Source of the DNA: an uncultured Acidobacteriota bacterium
Lineage (GTDB): Bacteria > Acidobacteriota > UBA6911 > RPQK01 > JAPXNP01
Direction: 5' to 3'
Assembly: GCA_964484155.1 (NCBI GenBank)
Contig: CAZAEY010000004.1
Location: forward strand, 1 to 58,495
DNA length: 58,495 nucleotides
The notes below the pieces were generated by a model. It was not told the origin of the DNA. It saw only the letters and a program-made list of their open reading frames with translations, and searched no databases. Shown here in pieces: positions 12,833 through 22,505 of the stretch. The first letter of the stretch is position 1, and each line of letters opens with the position of its first letter. Made by a program: the position numbers and the translations under genes.

Positions 12833-13438
12833 TCAGGATTCCGGTTCTTCGCCCACCTCGAAACGGGTGAACCTGCGGACGCTGATATTTTCCTTCAGGG
12901 TCGCGATCACGTGTTTAATCCGTTCTTCCACGGTCAGGTCGCTGTCCTTGATAAACGGCTGCTCGTAAAGGCAGGCCTCAGCATAATATTTATTTAAGCG
13001 CCCTTCAACAATTTTATCGGCGATCTTTTCGGGTTTCCCTTCCTGAAGCGCTTGATTCCTGAAGATCTCCGATTCTTTCGCCAGGGTGACCTCGTCGACG
13101 TCCTCCCGTCGAACGAACAACGGATTGGCTGCGGCCACCTGCATGGCGAGATCCTTGACCAGGGCCTGAAATTCGTCGGTGCGGGCGACGAAGTCGGTTT
13201 CGCAGTTGACCTCGACCAGCACTCCCAGCTTTCCGCCGGCGTGTATGTAGTGTCCGATGAGACCCTCTCGGGTGGACCGGCCTGCCTTTCTGGATGCGGC
13301 GGCCATTCCCCGTTCCCGTAGAATCTTGACGGCGGCCTCCAGATCGCCGTTGGCTTCCTCCAAGGCCTTCTTGCATTCCATCATCCCTGCGCCGGTCATT
13401 TCCCGCAATTTCTTCACCTGCTGTGCACTGATCGACAT
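12833..13438 (-). CDS. tsf: Elongation factor Ts
   Basis: MSISAQQVKKLREMTGAGMMECKKAL is the UBA-like N-terminus. ATG at 13438 has GGAGGG upstream, so the track start at 13486 is probably too long. Confidence 0.93.
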   Translation of the reverse strand: MSISAQQVKKLREMTGAGMMECKKALEEANGDLEAAVKILRERGMAAASRKAGRSTREGLIGHYIHAGGKLGVLVEVNCETDFVARTDEFQALVKDLAMQVAAANPLFVRREDVDEVTLAKESEIFRNQALQEGKPEKIADKIVEGRLNKYYAEACLYEQPFIKDSDLTVEERIKHVIATLKENISVRRFTRFEVGEEPES

Positions 13439-13575
13439 AAAACCCTCCGTATTGACCGCATCCTTGTCAAGGATCCGTCGTTTCAACCGATGGAAGTTGG
13501 AAAGTGATGAAACGAAAAGTCGGCGCCCGTCACCTGCGGGCCAACCAATCGTGGACCGGAGAATCCGAAGACCGC

Positions 13576-14844
13576 CTAGGAATCCGCTTTTGCCCCATCT
13601 TCGGCTGTCGCAGGGGGCTCGGCCGCCTCGGCCGCATCCTTGTCGGCCTTCTTCTTTGAGGCCTTTTTGGGAGCGGCTTTCTTTTTCGGAGCCTTCGCCT
13701 TAGCCGCGGGCGCCTTCGGCTTGGCCGCCTTCTTCGGCTTGGCCTTCTTTTTACCGGCTTCGGTTTCGGTCTCCACTGCCGGCTCCGGCGGCGCTTCATC
13801 AGCTTCGGCCTTTGGCGCCGGGACGGCTGCTTCCGCTTCAACCGCCTTGTCGTCGGAATCCGCCTGAACATCGGCGCCTTCCTCGACGGCGATTTCCACT
13901 GCCCGCTTGGTCTCGGCCTGGTCTCCGCGAATCGGAGTGACCGGCTTCTCTTTGGACTCCAGCGACGCTTTGGCCTTTGCCGGCTTCTCTTCAGCAGCTG
14001 CTGCAGCCGGTTCTTCGGAGGTCTCGGCCGCTTCGGCCTCCTTTTGCCGCTTGAGTTCCTCAGCCTTTCGTTCGCGCTCGGCCTTCGCCGCTTCCCGTGC
14101 GGCCGCCCGCTCTGCCGCTTCCTTTTCCTTTTCGCGCTGTTGCTGCTGAACTTTCGTGTCCCAGATCGAACGTCCCGCGATTGCCGCCTCTGCAATGGTG
14201 CCGGTGAACAGCTTGATCGAACGCAGGGCGTCGTCGTTTCCCGGGATGACGAAGTCGACTAGGTCCGGATCGCCGTTGGTGTCGACAATCGCGACGATGG
14301 GGATTCCCAGCCGGTTCGCTTCCTTGACTGCGATGACTTCGTGCTGGGAGTCGATAACGAACAGCACGTCCGGCAGCCGATTCATGTTTCGAATTCCGCG
14401 CAGGTTGCTTTCCAGCTTTTTGCGCTCGCGCTCCAGTTGCGACACTTCCTTCTTGGAGAGCCGATCGTAAAAGCCGCTCTCCTTCATTCCTTCCAGTTCC
14501 TTGTATCGACGAATGCTGTTCTGAACGGTTTGAAAATTCGTCAACAAGCCTCCCAGCCATCGATTGTTGACAAAGTGCATTTCACAGCGAACCGCCTCCT
14601 CCTCAATCGATTCCCGGGCCTGGCGCTTGGTGCCGACAAAAAGGATCTCCTTTCCTTCTGCGGCTTGCTGAGCGACGAAGTCCACCGCTTCCTTGAACAG
14701 ACGCAGGGTCTTCTGCAGATCGACGATATGAATTCCACTGCGTTCTCCGAAGATGAACTCCTTCATCTTGGGGTTCCAACTGCGGGTCTGGTGGCCGAAA
14801 TGCACTCCTGCCTCCAGCAGCTCCTTAATCGAAATGGCGCTCAA
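13576..14844 (-). CDS. rpsB: 30S ribosomal protein S2 with a long low-complexity C-terminal extension
   Basis: The first ~230 aa form a canonical S2 ([19 protein letters not shown]). They are followed by ~190 aa rich in K/A/E/P ([36 protein letters not shown]). Confidence 0.93.
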   Translation of the reverse strand: MSAISIKELLEAGVHFGHQTRSWNPKMKEFIFGERSGIHIVDLQKTLRLFKEAVDFVAQQAAEGKEILFVGTKRQARESIEEEAVRCEMHFVNNRWLGGLLTNFQTVQNSIRRYKELEGMKESGFYDRLSKKEVSQLERERKKLESNLRGIRNMNRLPDVLFVIDSQHEVIAVKEANRLGIPIVAIVDTNGDPDLVDFVIPGNDDALRSIKLFTGTIAEAAIAGRSIWDTKVQQQQREKEKEAAERAAAREAAKAERERKAEELKRQKEAEAAETSEEPAAAAAEEKPAKAKASLESKEKPVTPIRGDQAETKRAVEIAVEEGADVQADSDDKAVEAEAAVPAPKAEADEAPPEPAVETETEAGKKKAKPKKAAKPKAPAAKAKAPKKKAAPKKASKKKADKDAAEAAEPPATAEDGAKADS

Positions 14845-14859
14845 TCAGCTCCTCCTAAC

Positions 14860-15255
14860 CTACCGTTTGGAAAATTGATAACGCTTGCGGGCGCCTGGCT
14901 GCCCGTACTTTTTCCGCTCCTTCTGCCGAGGGTCCCGCGTCAGGAAGCCGGCCTTTTTCAAGGAAGGTCGAAGATCCGGGTCAAACTCCAAAAGCGCGCG
15001 GGCGATTCCGTGGCGGACGGCGCCGGCCTGACCGGCGTATCCTCCCCCGCCAACGTTGACGTAAATGTCGAACTTGTCGCGATTTGCCGTCAGATCGAGG
15101 GGCTGCGTGGCGACGACGCGCTGCGTCTTGTTTCGAAAATAGTCCTGAAAGTCGACGTGATTGACTACAATCTGTCCGCTTCCAAGCATTAGAAAAACTC
15201 GGGCCCTCGAGGTCTTCCTCTTGCCCGTTCCGTAAAACTGAATCTTTTCCGCCAT
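14860..15255 (-). CDS. rpsI: 30S ribosomal protein S9
   Basis: 131 aa, ending in ...RKRYQFSKR. Located downstream of rplM. Confidence 0.96.
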   Translation of the reverse strand: MAEKIQFYGTGKRKTSRARVFLMLGSGQIVVNHVDFQDYFRNKTQRVVATQPLDLTANRDKFDIYVNVGGGGYAGQAGAVRHGIARALLEFDPDLRPSLKKAGFLTRDPRQKERKKYGQPGARKRYQFSKR

Positions 15256-15267
15256 CGATTCAAATCC

Positions 15268-15696
15268 TTAAGTGATCAAAGGCTGAGGCCCTTGGGCCTG
15301 ATGTGGATGATCCTGGCCCTTATAAACCTTGAGACGTTTCAACATTCGGCTTCCCAACTTGTTTTTAGGCAGCATCCCTTTGACCGCAAATGAAAGCACG
15401 CGCTCGGGATGCTCCGCCAACAGCTGTCGCGCCGTTGTTTCCTTCAATCCGCCGGGATACCTGCTGTGAGAGTAATATTTCTTATTGTCGAGCTTCTGGC
15501 CGGTCAAACGAACTTTTTCGGCGTTGACTACCACAACAAAATCGCCCGTATCCAGGAAATCGGTGTAAATCGGTTTGTCCTTTCCCATCAATACGGTCGC
15601 AATGCGGGTGGCCAACCGGCCCAGAACCTGGCCCTGGGCATCCACCACGTGCCAGTTTCGTTCGATCTGATCTACCTTCGGAAGGTACGTCTTCAT
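15268..15696 (-). CDS. rplM: 50S ribosomal protein L13
   Basis: 142 aa. Contains [16 protein letters not shown], typical of the L13 N-terminus. Confidence 0.96.
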   Translation of the reverse strand: MKTYLPKVDQIERNWHVVDAQGQVLGRLATRIATVLMGKDKPIYTDFLDTGDFVVVVNAEKVRLTGQKLDNKKYYSHSRYPGGLKETTARQLLAEHPERVLSFAVKGMLPKNKLGSRMLKRLKVYKGQDHPHQAQGPQPLIT

Positions 15697-15960
15697 TCCC
15701 GACTCCTAGTCAGAGAACCCAAAATGGGAAAAGCTACTAGAATTCCCCATCCAATGTCAAGCTGCGCTGCCCGCCACGACCGTTTCATAGCGAGGCAATC
15801 CAACCTGCGGATTCGGCCCGATCGAGGCATTGCAGAGATTGCCCAACCGGTTTCAATCGCCAAGCCGTCGGCCCCGATCATCCAAATCCTTCCTTGCAAA
15901 TTCATCCGCGCTGCAGCGAGAAAGGATTCCGGTAGCGCGGCCCGCCGCTCCGGGAGCCTT

Positions 15961-15978
15961 GGCGCCGATTTCGGCGCC
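15961..15978. repeat. GC hairpin GGCGCCGA-TT-TCGGCGCC, related to the REP stem GGGCGCC-GAT-GGCGCCC
   Basis: Perfect palindrome read in the long rplM-pilM intergenic region. It lacks the ATCAACG/GTCGCTC flanks. Confidence 0.4.
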
Positions 15979-16198
15979 GGTTCGCGAAAAAATGCCGAAT
16001 TGCCAGTTTAACCGAACTTGCTCTCGAGATCACCTGCAACTCAACTTCTTGCAGCTCGTGGTGAAAGCCTGGATGGGCCGCGCGCCTCAAACTTTTTTTG
16101 CTCCTCGGAACTCTTCCCCTTCGGCGTCGCTTTCGGAAACGCGAAACAAAGTTCGCTCAAACGCCCCCCTGCAACGTTATAGGAGATTTGAAAGGCCC

Positions 16199-16214
16199 TG
16201 TGACTGATGTCACC
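16199..16214. promoter_or_regulatory. CRP-type box TGTGA-CTGATG-TCACC (9/10) upstream of pilM
   Basis: Read directly. The -10-like TACGAT at 16237-16242 starts 30.5 bp from the box centre. The pilM ATG is at 16289. Confidence 0.45.
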
Positions 16215-16288
16215 GCGGTTCGCCAAGGGGCGAGCGTACGATGTGAATTCATGCATCGATAGGGCATACGGAGCGAAAGGAACCTGAC

Positions 16289-17359
16289 ATGGGAATCGGA
16301 GACTGGTTTAAATCCGGGTCGAAAAATCTGGTCGGTGTTGACATCGGATCCTCATCGGTGAAGGTTGCGTCGATTCGACGAAACGGCAGCCAGTTTGTCG
16401 CCGACGGGGTCGGGATCCGACGTCTCCCGGAGGAGGCGATCGTCGACGGGGTGATCATCTCAAAGCTTCCGGTTGCGGAAGCGATAGAAGAGATCTTTGC
16501 CGAAATGAATCTGAAGCAGACCCGGGTTGCCACTTCCATCTCCGGACACTCAGTCATCGTCAAGAAGGTCACTCTTCCGTTTCTCGCCGACAGCGAACTG
16601 GACGAGTCGATCCAGTGGGAAGCCGAACAGTACATTCCGTTTGACATCTCAGACGTCAACATAGACTACCAGGTGGTTCGCAGGAGTGAAGACGAGCAGC
16701 GCATCGACGTCGTGCTTGTAGCCGCCAAGAAGGACAAAATCACTGATTATACGAGTGCGGTGTCGATGGCGAGAAAAGTGCCGGTGGTCGTCGACATCGA
16801 TGCGTTCGCCCTCCAGAACATCTTTGAAGCGAACTACGATCTCCAACCGGATACCGTGTACGCGCTTTTCAACATCGGCTCAAATGTCATGAACGCCAGC
16901 ATCCTCGCCGGAAATCAGTTTCTCTTTACCCGTGACATCTCGGTCGGGGGAAATCAGTACACCGAGTCCCTTCAGCAGGAACTGCATCTGACCGGAGAAG
17001 AAGCGGAGGCCTACAAGCGCGGGATCGACGTTCCTCCCGAATTGAAGGACCGAGTGGCTTCGATTCTGGATGCGGTAACTGAGAACATCTCCTTGGAGAT
17101 CGAGAAGACGACCGATTACTTCAAGACCATTTCAGACGGGAAAGACATCTCGGAAATCTACTTGTGCGGGGGCGCCAGCCGGACGGCCGGCCTGCGATCA
17201 TATTTGAGCGAGAAGTTCAAAGTCCCCGTCGAGATGCTGAATCCATTCAAAAAGATTCGTTTGGACAATCCATCGGGTCGGGCGGAGCCGATTGAAGAGA
17301 CCGCAAGTGAGTTTGCCGTCGCTGTCGGTCTCGCCCTCCGAGCAGCTCAGGATCGATGA
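16289..17359 (+). CDS. pilM: Type IV pilus assembly protein PilM (actin-like ATPase fold)
   Basis: 356 aa. Contains VGVDIGSSSVKV and is the first gene of a pilMNOPQ-ordered cluster. Confidence 0.92.
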   Translation: MGIGDWFKSGSKNLVGVDIGSSSVKVASIRRNGSQFVADGVGIRRLPEEAIVDGVIISKLPVAEAIEEIFAEMNLKQTRVATSISGHSVIVKKVTLPFLADSELDESIQWEAEQYIPFDISDVNIDYQVVRRSEDEQRIDVVLVAAKKDKITDYTSAVSMARKVPVVVDIDAFALQNIFEANYDLQPDTVYALFNIGSNVMNASILAGNQFLFTRDISVGGNQYTESLQQELHLTGEEAEAYKRGIDVPPELKDRVASILDAVTENISLEIEKTTDYFKTISDGKDISEIYLCGGASRTAGLRSYLSEKFKVPVEMLNPFKKIRLDNPSGRAEPIEETASEFAVAVGLALRAAQDR

Positions 17360-17363
17360 CGTC

Positions 17364-17906
17364 ATGATCAGAGTCAATCTAATTCGAAAGCTGCGGGGCG
17401 GAAGGCGCGCTTCGACTCCGGGAAGAACTCGGACCGAACTGTACAGCCTTCTGATTTTTCTCTTCGCAGCCGCAATCATGGGCTACTGGTACTGGTCGCT
17501 GAACATCGCTTTGGACAGCCTGCAGACGGAAAAGGACGGGCTGATGAGGGAGCGCGGTCAGATTTCGGCCCTGAAGGCTGAGATGGACCGCTATGAGGTT
17601 GAAAAGCGCGAACTGCAAAGCCGGATTGAGGTGATGGAGCAGTTGATGGCCAATCAGCGGGGACCTGTCAGGATGATGAACGCACTGGTCGACAGCATGC
17701 CCTCCGAGCCGAAGCTCTGGCTGACCAAGCTGGATCAAAGGGATCGCTCAGTCGTACTGCAAGGCTTTTCCGTCGACGTACCGACGATCGCGGATTTCAT
17801 CGCGCGTCTGGAGTTGCAGGATGCGTTCCGCCAGGTGGATCTCTCCTACTGGCAGGTCGACCAGCAGGAAATCAAGTTTGAATTGAACTGTGAATTGAAT
17901 AATTAG
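17364..17906 (+). CDS. pilN: Type IV pilus assembly protein PilN
   Basis: MIRVNLI start is typical of PilN. It has a single TM segment then a coiled coil. ATG at 17364 lies 5 nt after the pilM stop. Confidence 0.85.
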   Translation: MIRVNLIRKLRGGRRASTPGRTRTELYSLLIFLFAAAIMGYWYWSLNIALDSLQTEKDGLMRERGQISALKAEMDRYEVEKRELQSRIEVMEQLMANQRGPVRMMNALVDSMPSEPKLWLTKLDQRDRSVVLQGFSVDVPTIADFIARLELQDAFRQVDLSYWQVDQQEIKFELNCELNN

Positions 17907-17908
17907 CG

Positions 17909-18535
17909 ATGGCCCTTGGAAACTTTTCTTTCAGTCAACTCTCCCCGCGGAACCAGATTCTGGCGTTCACCGTCATCGTTCTGGGATTGTGCGGCGTGGT
18001 GTACCGTTTTTACACCAGCCCCCTCCAAGCCGACGTTGAGCGGCTCGGGTCGGAGGTGAGGCAGTTGCAAAGAGAAGTGGCCGAAGGGCAGGCACTGCAG
18101 GCACGGCTCCCCGAATTCAAGAGAAATCTGGAAGAGCAGGAGACGCGGCTGGCGACCCTTCGCGCAGCGTTGCCCGACCAGAAAGAGACCTCCGAGATCA
18201 TTCGCCGCATACAGCATCTCGCGGCCGAATCAAGCCTTGAGCTGAAAAGTTTCAACCCGCAGAGAACGATCCACAACGGATTTTACATTGACTGGCCGAT
18301 CGAAATGTCGATGGAAGGCTCCTATCACAATCTCGGTTCCTTCCTGGAGAAGGTGGCCGGTTTCGATCGCGTTGTCAACATTGAAAACCTTCAGATTGAG
18401 GCTTCCGAGACCCAGACTCCGCCGGACCGAACGATCCGGGCGACCTGCACAGCTACGACATTCGTGTTCGTCGATTCGGAGCGGAGCGAAGGCGCGCCCA
18501 CGGGCGGCGGACGCCGAGGAGCCAGAGCCAACTGA
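17909..18535 (+). CDS. pilO: Type IV pilus assembly protein PilO
   Basis: 208 aa with a TM segment, a coiled coil and a C-terminal ferredoxin-like part. ATG lies 2 nt after the pilN stop. Confidence 0.8.
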   Translation: MALGNFSFSQLSPRNQILAFTVIVLGLCGVVYRFYTSPLQADVERLGSEVRQLQREVAEGQALQARLPEFKRNLEEQETRLATLRAALPDQKETSEIIRRIQHLAAESSLELKSFNPQRTIHNGFYIDWPIEMSMEGSYHNLGSFLEKVAGFDRVVNIENLQIEASETQTPPDRTIRATCTATTFVFVDSERSEGAPTGGGRRGARAN

Positions 18536-18545
18536 CAAGGATCGC

Positions 18546-18974
18546 ATGAACGGGAAAATAATGATGGCGGCAATCGTATGGATCTGGTTGGGGACGTCGG
18601 GTCTCTTTGCGGGTCAGTTTGATTCGCAGGGGAAGAGGGATCCGTTTCTCAATTTGCGTTCGCTCCCAGCTTCGAATCCGGGTCCGCAGGCCGTGCCGCC
18701 TCCTCCCTTGCGGGAACGCCCCCCGGGGTTGGCCGGACTGTTGGTTTCCGAAGTCGTCGTCTCGGGAACCGCGTCCGCCTACGACCGCCGACTCGTCATC
18801 TTAAAAGGAGTCGACGAGGTGAGTTACATCGCCCGCGAGGGTACTCGTCTGTATGACGGCTTTATTCAGGAGATCAACGGGGAACTCGTCCATTTCGCTC
18901 GGGAGACTGTTCTCACAAACGGGACGAGAACGAGTTCGCTCGTCGTAAAGCGGCTGGACACGGAACAAAAATAG
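18546..18974 (+). CDS. pilP: Type IV pilus assembly protein PilP
   Basis: MNGKIMMAAIVWIWL is signal-like. It also has an RDPF motif, a Pro-rich linker and a beta domain. The internal ATG is preferred over the 18288 track start, which overlaps pilO. Confidence 0.75.
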   Translation: MNGKIMMAAIVWIWLGTSGLFAGQFDSQGKRDPFLNLRSLPASNPGPQAVPPPPLRERPPGLAGLLVSEVVVSGTASAYDRRLVILKGVDEVSYIAREGTRLYDGFIQEINGELVHFARETVLTNGTRTSSLVVKRLDTEQK

Positions 18975-18982
18975 AGGAAATC

Positions 18983-20272
18983 ATGCGAAAACAATTGCTG
19001 GCCGTGTGGATTGCAAGCCTGCTTGCCGCTCCCGCTTTCTCCGTACAACAGGACCCCTCCGCGCTCCGTGCGACATTTTCACCAAGCGTCCTGACTCAGG
19101 AAACCTCTTTCGAAGGCGAACCGGTTTCGCTCAAACTGGTCGACGTTTCCCTGGTGGACTTCTTTCGAACCATTTCCGAACTGAGCGGCCTCAATATTTT
19201 GATTGACCCCGATGTTTCGGGTCTGGTAACGATCAACGTGGAGGAAGTGCCGTGGGACCAGTTGTTTGAAGTCGTGCTGAAGAGCCACGGTTTGCGCGCA
19301 GGCATCGAAGGAAGCCTGGTCCGGATTTCGACCCGCCGCACGCTGCAGCAGGAAGAGGAATCGGAACAGGCGCTCAAACGCGCCGCCTTTCTTGCTCAGG
19401 ACACCACGACAGTGACGCTGAACCTCAATTATGCGGTGGGAGAGGATATCTTGCGCACTCTGGAACGGCAGTTGACGCAGCGGGGCGAACTGACGGTCGA
19501 CTCGCGAACCAACACGGTTATCATTACGGACGTTCCGGAGGGGGTGCGAAAGATTTCCCGGCTGATTGAAACCCTGGACGCACCGGAAAAGCAGGTGGAG
19601 ATTGAGGCCAGGATCGTAGAGGCCACGACACGCTTCGCCCGTCAGCTAGGCTCCGAACTCGGCATGCAGTTCGGCAAGATCACCGATCGAGTCCAGGGGG
19701 GCGCCGAAGTATCGGCCGGGATCGCCCAACCGATCGGCACGGCGCTTCTGTCCTCGGGAAAGATGCTGGACACGGTTCGACTGGACGCCATTCTGACGGC
19801 AGCCGAAGCCAGAGGCGAAGCGCGCATCCTTTCCAAACCGCGAGTCACCGCTCAAAACAATGCCGAAGCCATTATTACCCAGGGCTCAAAGATCCCGATC
19901 CCGGTGCAGCAGAACTTCTCGACATCCGTCCGCTTTGAAACGGCCGCCCTGCAGTTGACCGTCACGCCTCAGATTACCGAGGAAGAGACGGTGTCACTGA
20001 ACATCCGAGTCGAGAACAACGTTCCAGACTTCTCTCGCACCGTTTTGGGCATCCCCACGATTCTAACCAGCGAATCGCGAACCCGGGTTCTGGTTCAAGA
20101 CGGTGGAACGACAGTCATCGGCGGAATCTACGTTGAGATCGACCGCGAAAACCTGAACAAGGTTCCTGCCCTCGGAGACATTCCTGTTCTGGGGCATCTG
20201 TTCAAGAACACCACCAAGGAGCGCGAGACGCGAGAAATCCTCTTCTTCATCACGCCCCGGATTCGGCAATAA
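18983..20272 (+). CDS. pilQ: Type IV pilus secretin PilQ (short form)
   Basis: 429 aa with a signal peptide and an N0/secretin_N-like segment. The C-terminal secretin domain includes VPALGDIPVLGHLFK. Confidence 0.9.
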   Translation: MRKQLLAVWIASLLAAPAFSVQQDPSALRATFSPSVLTQETSFEGEPVSLKLVDVSLVDFFRTISELSGLNILIDPDVSGLVTINVEEVPWDQLFEVVLKSHGLRAGIEGSLVRISTRRTLQQEEESEQALKRAAFLAQDTTTVTLNLNYAVGEDILRTLERQLTQRGELTVDSRTNTVIITDVPEGVRKISRLIETLDAPEKQVEIEARIVEATTRFARQLGSELGMQFGKITDRVQGGAEVSAGIAQPIGTALLSSGKMLDTVRLDAILTAAEARGEARILSKPRVTAQNNAEAIITQGSKIPIPVQQNFSTSVRFETAALQLTVTPQITEEETVSLNIRVENNVPDFSRTVLGIPTILTSESRTRVLVQDGGTTVIGGIYVEIDRENLNKVPALGDIPVLGHLFKNTTKERETREILFFITPRIRQ

Positions 20273-20557
20273 AATCGACACGGGCTCTTCGCCGCACGGA
20301 ATCGTCGCCGCAGCGCCACGGCTCTCCTTTCTCAGAAAAGACTCTCTCAGCCTTTCGTGATGGGGCGCGAATCCTGGTTTGAATCCGGCCGGGCGCGGTT
20401 TTCATCGGTTCGCTCGTCGAAGTAGTTTTCCGAATCCTCTTTCCGGCGTCCGCAAAGCAGGCCCGGCCTCTGCTATATTTCGATAGAATCCCTGGATGGA
20501 CTGCACTGCGCCCCTGGCGATTCTCTTTGAGCCGATGGGCGCCGGCGTAAAGCGGCG

Positions 20558-21739
20558 TTGAAGCGACCGCAGCGAATGAAGGCGAAAGGCCGACGGATGA
20601 ATCGCTCCAAACCGGCTTCCGTTCAGAATGAATCGCACCAGTTTGCAGACCTCCCGGCCGACGGGTCGACTCCTTTTCAGGAAAGATTTCGAAACCTTCT
20701 GGCTGGCATGGCCAAAGATGACGTGGATGCGTTCCTGACCGCCCATCCCCCCAATCTCCGCTACCTTTTCAATTTTTCCGGATCCGCCGGCATGGCGCTC
20801 TGTAAAGCGGAAGGAACTCGGCTCATTGTGGACAGTCGCTACATCGAACAGGCTCAAAAGGAATGTTCGGGGGTCGAGTGCGTGCGCACCCCCGACTCTC
20901 TCATTGAAGAGTTGCGCCGAAGTCTAGCAGACTCGGCGCCCGGTCGCCTGGCACTGGAAGCCCAGCGCCTTCCGTGGGAAACGATTCTTCGCATGGAGTC
21001 CTGGGGGCTTCCGATCGATCTCGTAGCCTCCTACAACCGGGTTGAGTCGCTCCGAATTATCAAGGACAAGACGGAACTGGTTCGCATGAGAAGGGCATTC
21101 AAACTGGCGGAGGAAGGATTTGGCGAGATGCGCAACCGGCTTTCACCGGGAATGACTGAAGCCGCGGCGGCGGGAGAGTTGGAAGCCGCCTGCCGCAGGC
21201 TCGGGGCTGAAGCAATGGCCTTCGACACGATCGTCGCTTCCGGTCGTCGCTCCTCCCTGCCCCACGCCGGGGTCACCCAATCCCCCATCGGCTTTTCCGA
21301 CATCCTCTTGATCGACTTCGGGATACGCCTCGACGGCTACTGCACCGACCTGACTCGCGTTCTGCTGCCGAGTCGATCGCGCCCTCCCAAGGCGTTTCAA
21401 GTAGTCCGGGAAGCCAGAGACGCCGCCCTTTCCCGAGTCCGCCCCGGAGCATCTAGCGCACAGGTCGATGCGGCAGCGCGCGACGTCATCGAAGCCGCCG
21501 GATTCGGCGATTGTTTCGGCCATGGCGCCGGCCACGGTCTGGGCCTCGAAGTGCACGAATTGCCTGGAATCAATCGTCGCGATGCGACGATCCTGCGGCC
21601 GGGAATGGTTTTTACAATCGAACCCGGGGTCTACCTCCCCGGGCGCTACGGCGTCCGCCTCGAAGACGTCGTCGTGGTTACCGACAGCGGATTCGAGCTG
21701 CTCAGCTCGCTCCCGCTGAAACTGTCTTTGGGGAAATAG
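20558..21739 (+). CDS. M24B Xaa-Pro aminopeptidase/dipeptidase
   Basis: It has a creatinase-like N-domain and a pita-bread domain with HGAGHGLGLEVHE and metal ligands. The start is uncertain: TTG at 20558, or ATG at 20576 or 20597. Confidence 0.88.
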   Translation: MKRPQRMKAKGRRMNRSKPASVQNESHQFADLPADGSTPFQERFRNLLAGMAKDDVDAFLTAHPPNLRYLFNFSGSAGMALCKAEGTRLIVDSRYIEQAQKECSGVECVRTPDSLIEELRRSLADSAPGRLALEAQRLPWETILRMESWGLPIDLVASYNRVESLRIIKDKTELVRMRRAFKLAEEGFGEMRNRLSPGMTEAAAAGELEAACRRLGAEAMAFDTIVASGRRSSLPHAGVTQSPIGFSDILLIDFGIRLDGYCTDLTRVLLPSRSRPPKAFQVVREARDAALSRVRPGASSAQVDAAARDVIEAAGFGDCFGHGAGHGLGLEVHELPGINRRDATILRPGMVFTIEPGVYLPGRYGVRLEDVVVVTDSGFELLSSLPLKLSLGK

Positions 21740-22022
21740 GCGCTGCCGCCCCTCCCTTGCGGGCCGGCCGCTTCACGGCTGCGAATCGCACTCGACAAAT
21801 GCGGCTGCGGAAGGTTCGTCTTTTGGCTCGTTCCCAAGCCTTCCGTCGAGGTTCGGCGAGAGAGGAGCGTGAAAAATGACGCCTCCACTTGCGATTTTCC
21901 GGTAAAATCGCCCTTCCAGTGGGGACCATGATGTCGCAGACAGATTTTCCTGCGGGCCTTGACTCAAGGGAGGGCCGTCGTGAAAATAGGCCGACGCTTC
22001 CCTTTATATTCGAGGAGATTCA

Positions 22023-22490
22023 ATGAAGATCAGCGAAATCAAAGAGCTCATCGGGCTATTGGAAGATTCCGCCATCGAAGAGTTTGAAATGGAGAAGTCG
22101 GGAGTCAGAATCCGCCTCCGCAAGTCTGTCGGCCGAACCGCGGCGACGGGGTCGGTCGAGCCGCCTGCCGGAGACGCCGAGCCGAATCCCGTTGAGGCGG
22201 CTGCTTTGCCTGTCGCAGTTCAGAAGGAAGCCGCAGGCGACCAGGATTTACATCTGTTTACGGCGCCCATCGTGGGGACCTTTTACATCACCCCGAAACC
22301 GGACGCTGAGCCGTTTGTGCAAGTCGGAACTGCAGTCCAGCCGGGAAAAGTGCTTTGCATCATTGAAGCGATGAAGATTTTCAATCAGATCGAAAGCGAC
22401 GTCGAGGGGGAAATTGTGGAAGTCCTTGTGGAAAACGGGCAACCGGTTGAGTTCGGGGAAGCCCTATTCAAGATTCGTCTGTCTTCCTGA
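22023..22490 (+). CDS. accB: Biotin carboxyl carrier protein of acetyl-CoA carboxylase
   Basis: 155 aa with an Ala/Pro linker and the biotinylation motif EAMKIFNQIE. GAGGAG RBS. Confidence 0.95.
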   Translation: MKISEIKELIGLLEDSAIEEFEMEKSGVRIRLRKSVGRTAATGSVEPPAGDAEPNPVEAAALPVAVQKEAAGDQDLHLFTAPIVGTFYITPKPDAEPFVQVGTAVQPGKVLCIIEAMKIFNQIESDVEGEIVEVLVENGQPVEFGEALFKIRLSS

Positions 22491-22505
22491 ACGACGGGGA
22501 ATCCC

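Noticed and set aside
13530-14195. 221-aa Arg/Lys/Pro-rich ORF overlapping the rpsB tail
   Set aside because: This frame is opened by the low-complexity GC/AAG-rich repeat of the S2 extension. It has no independent start signal.
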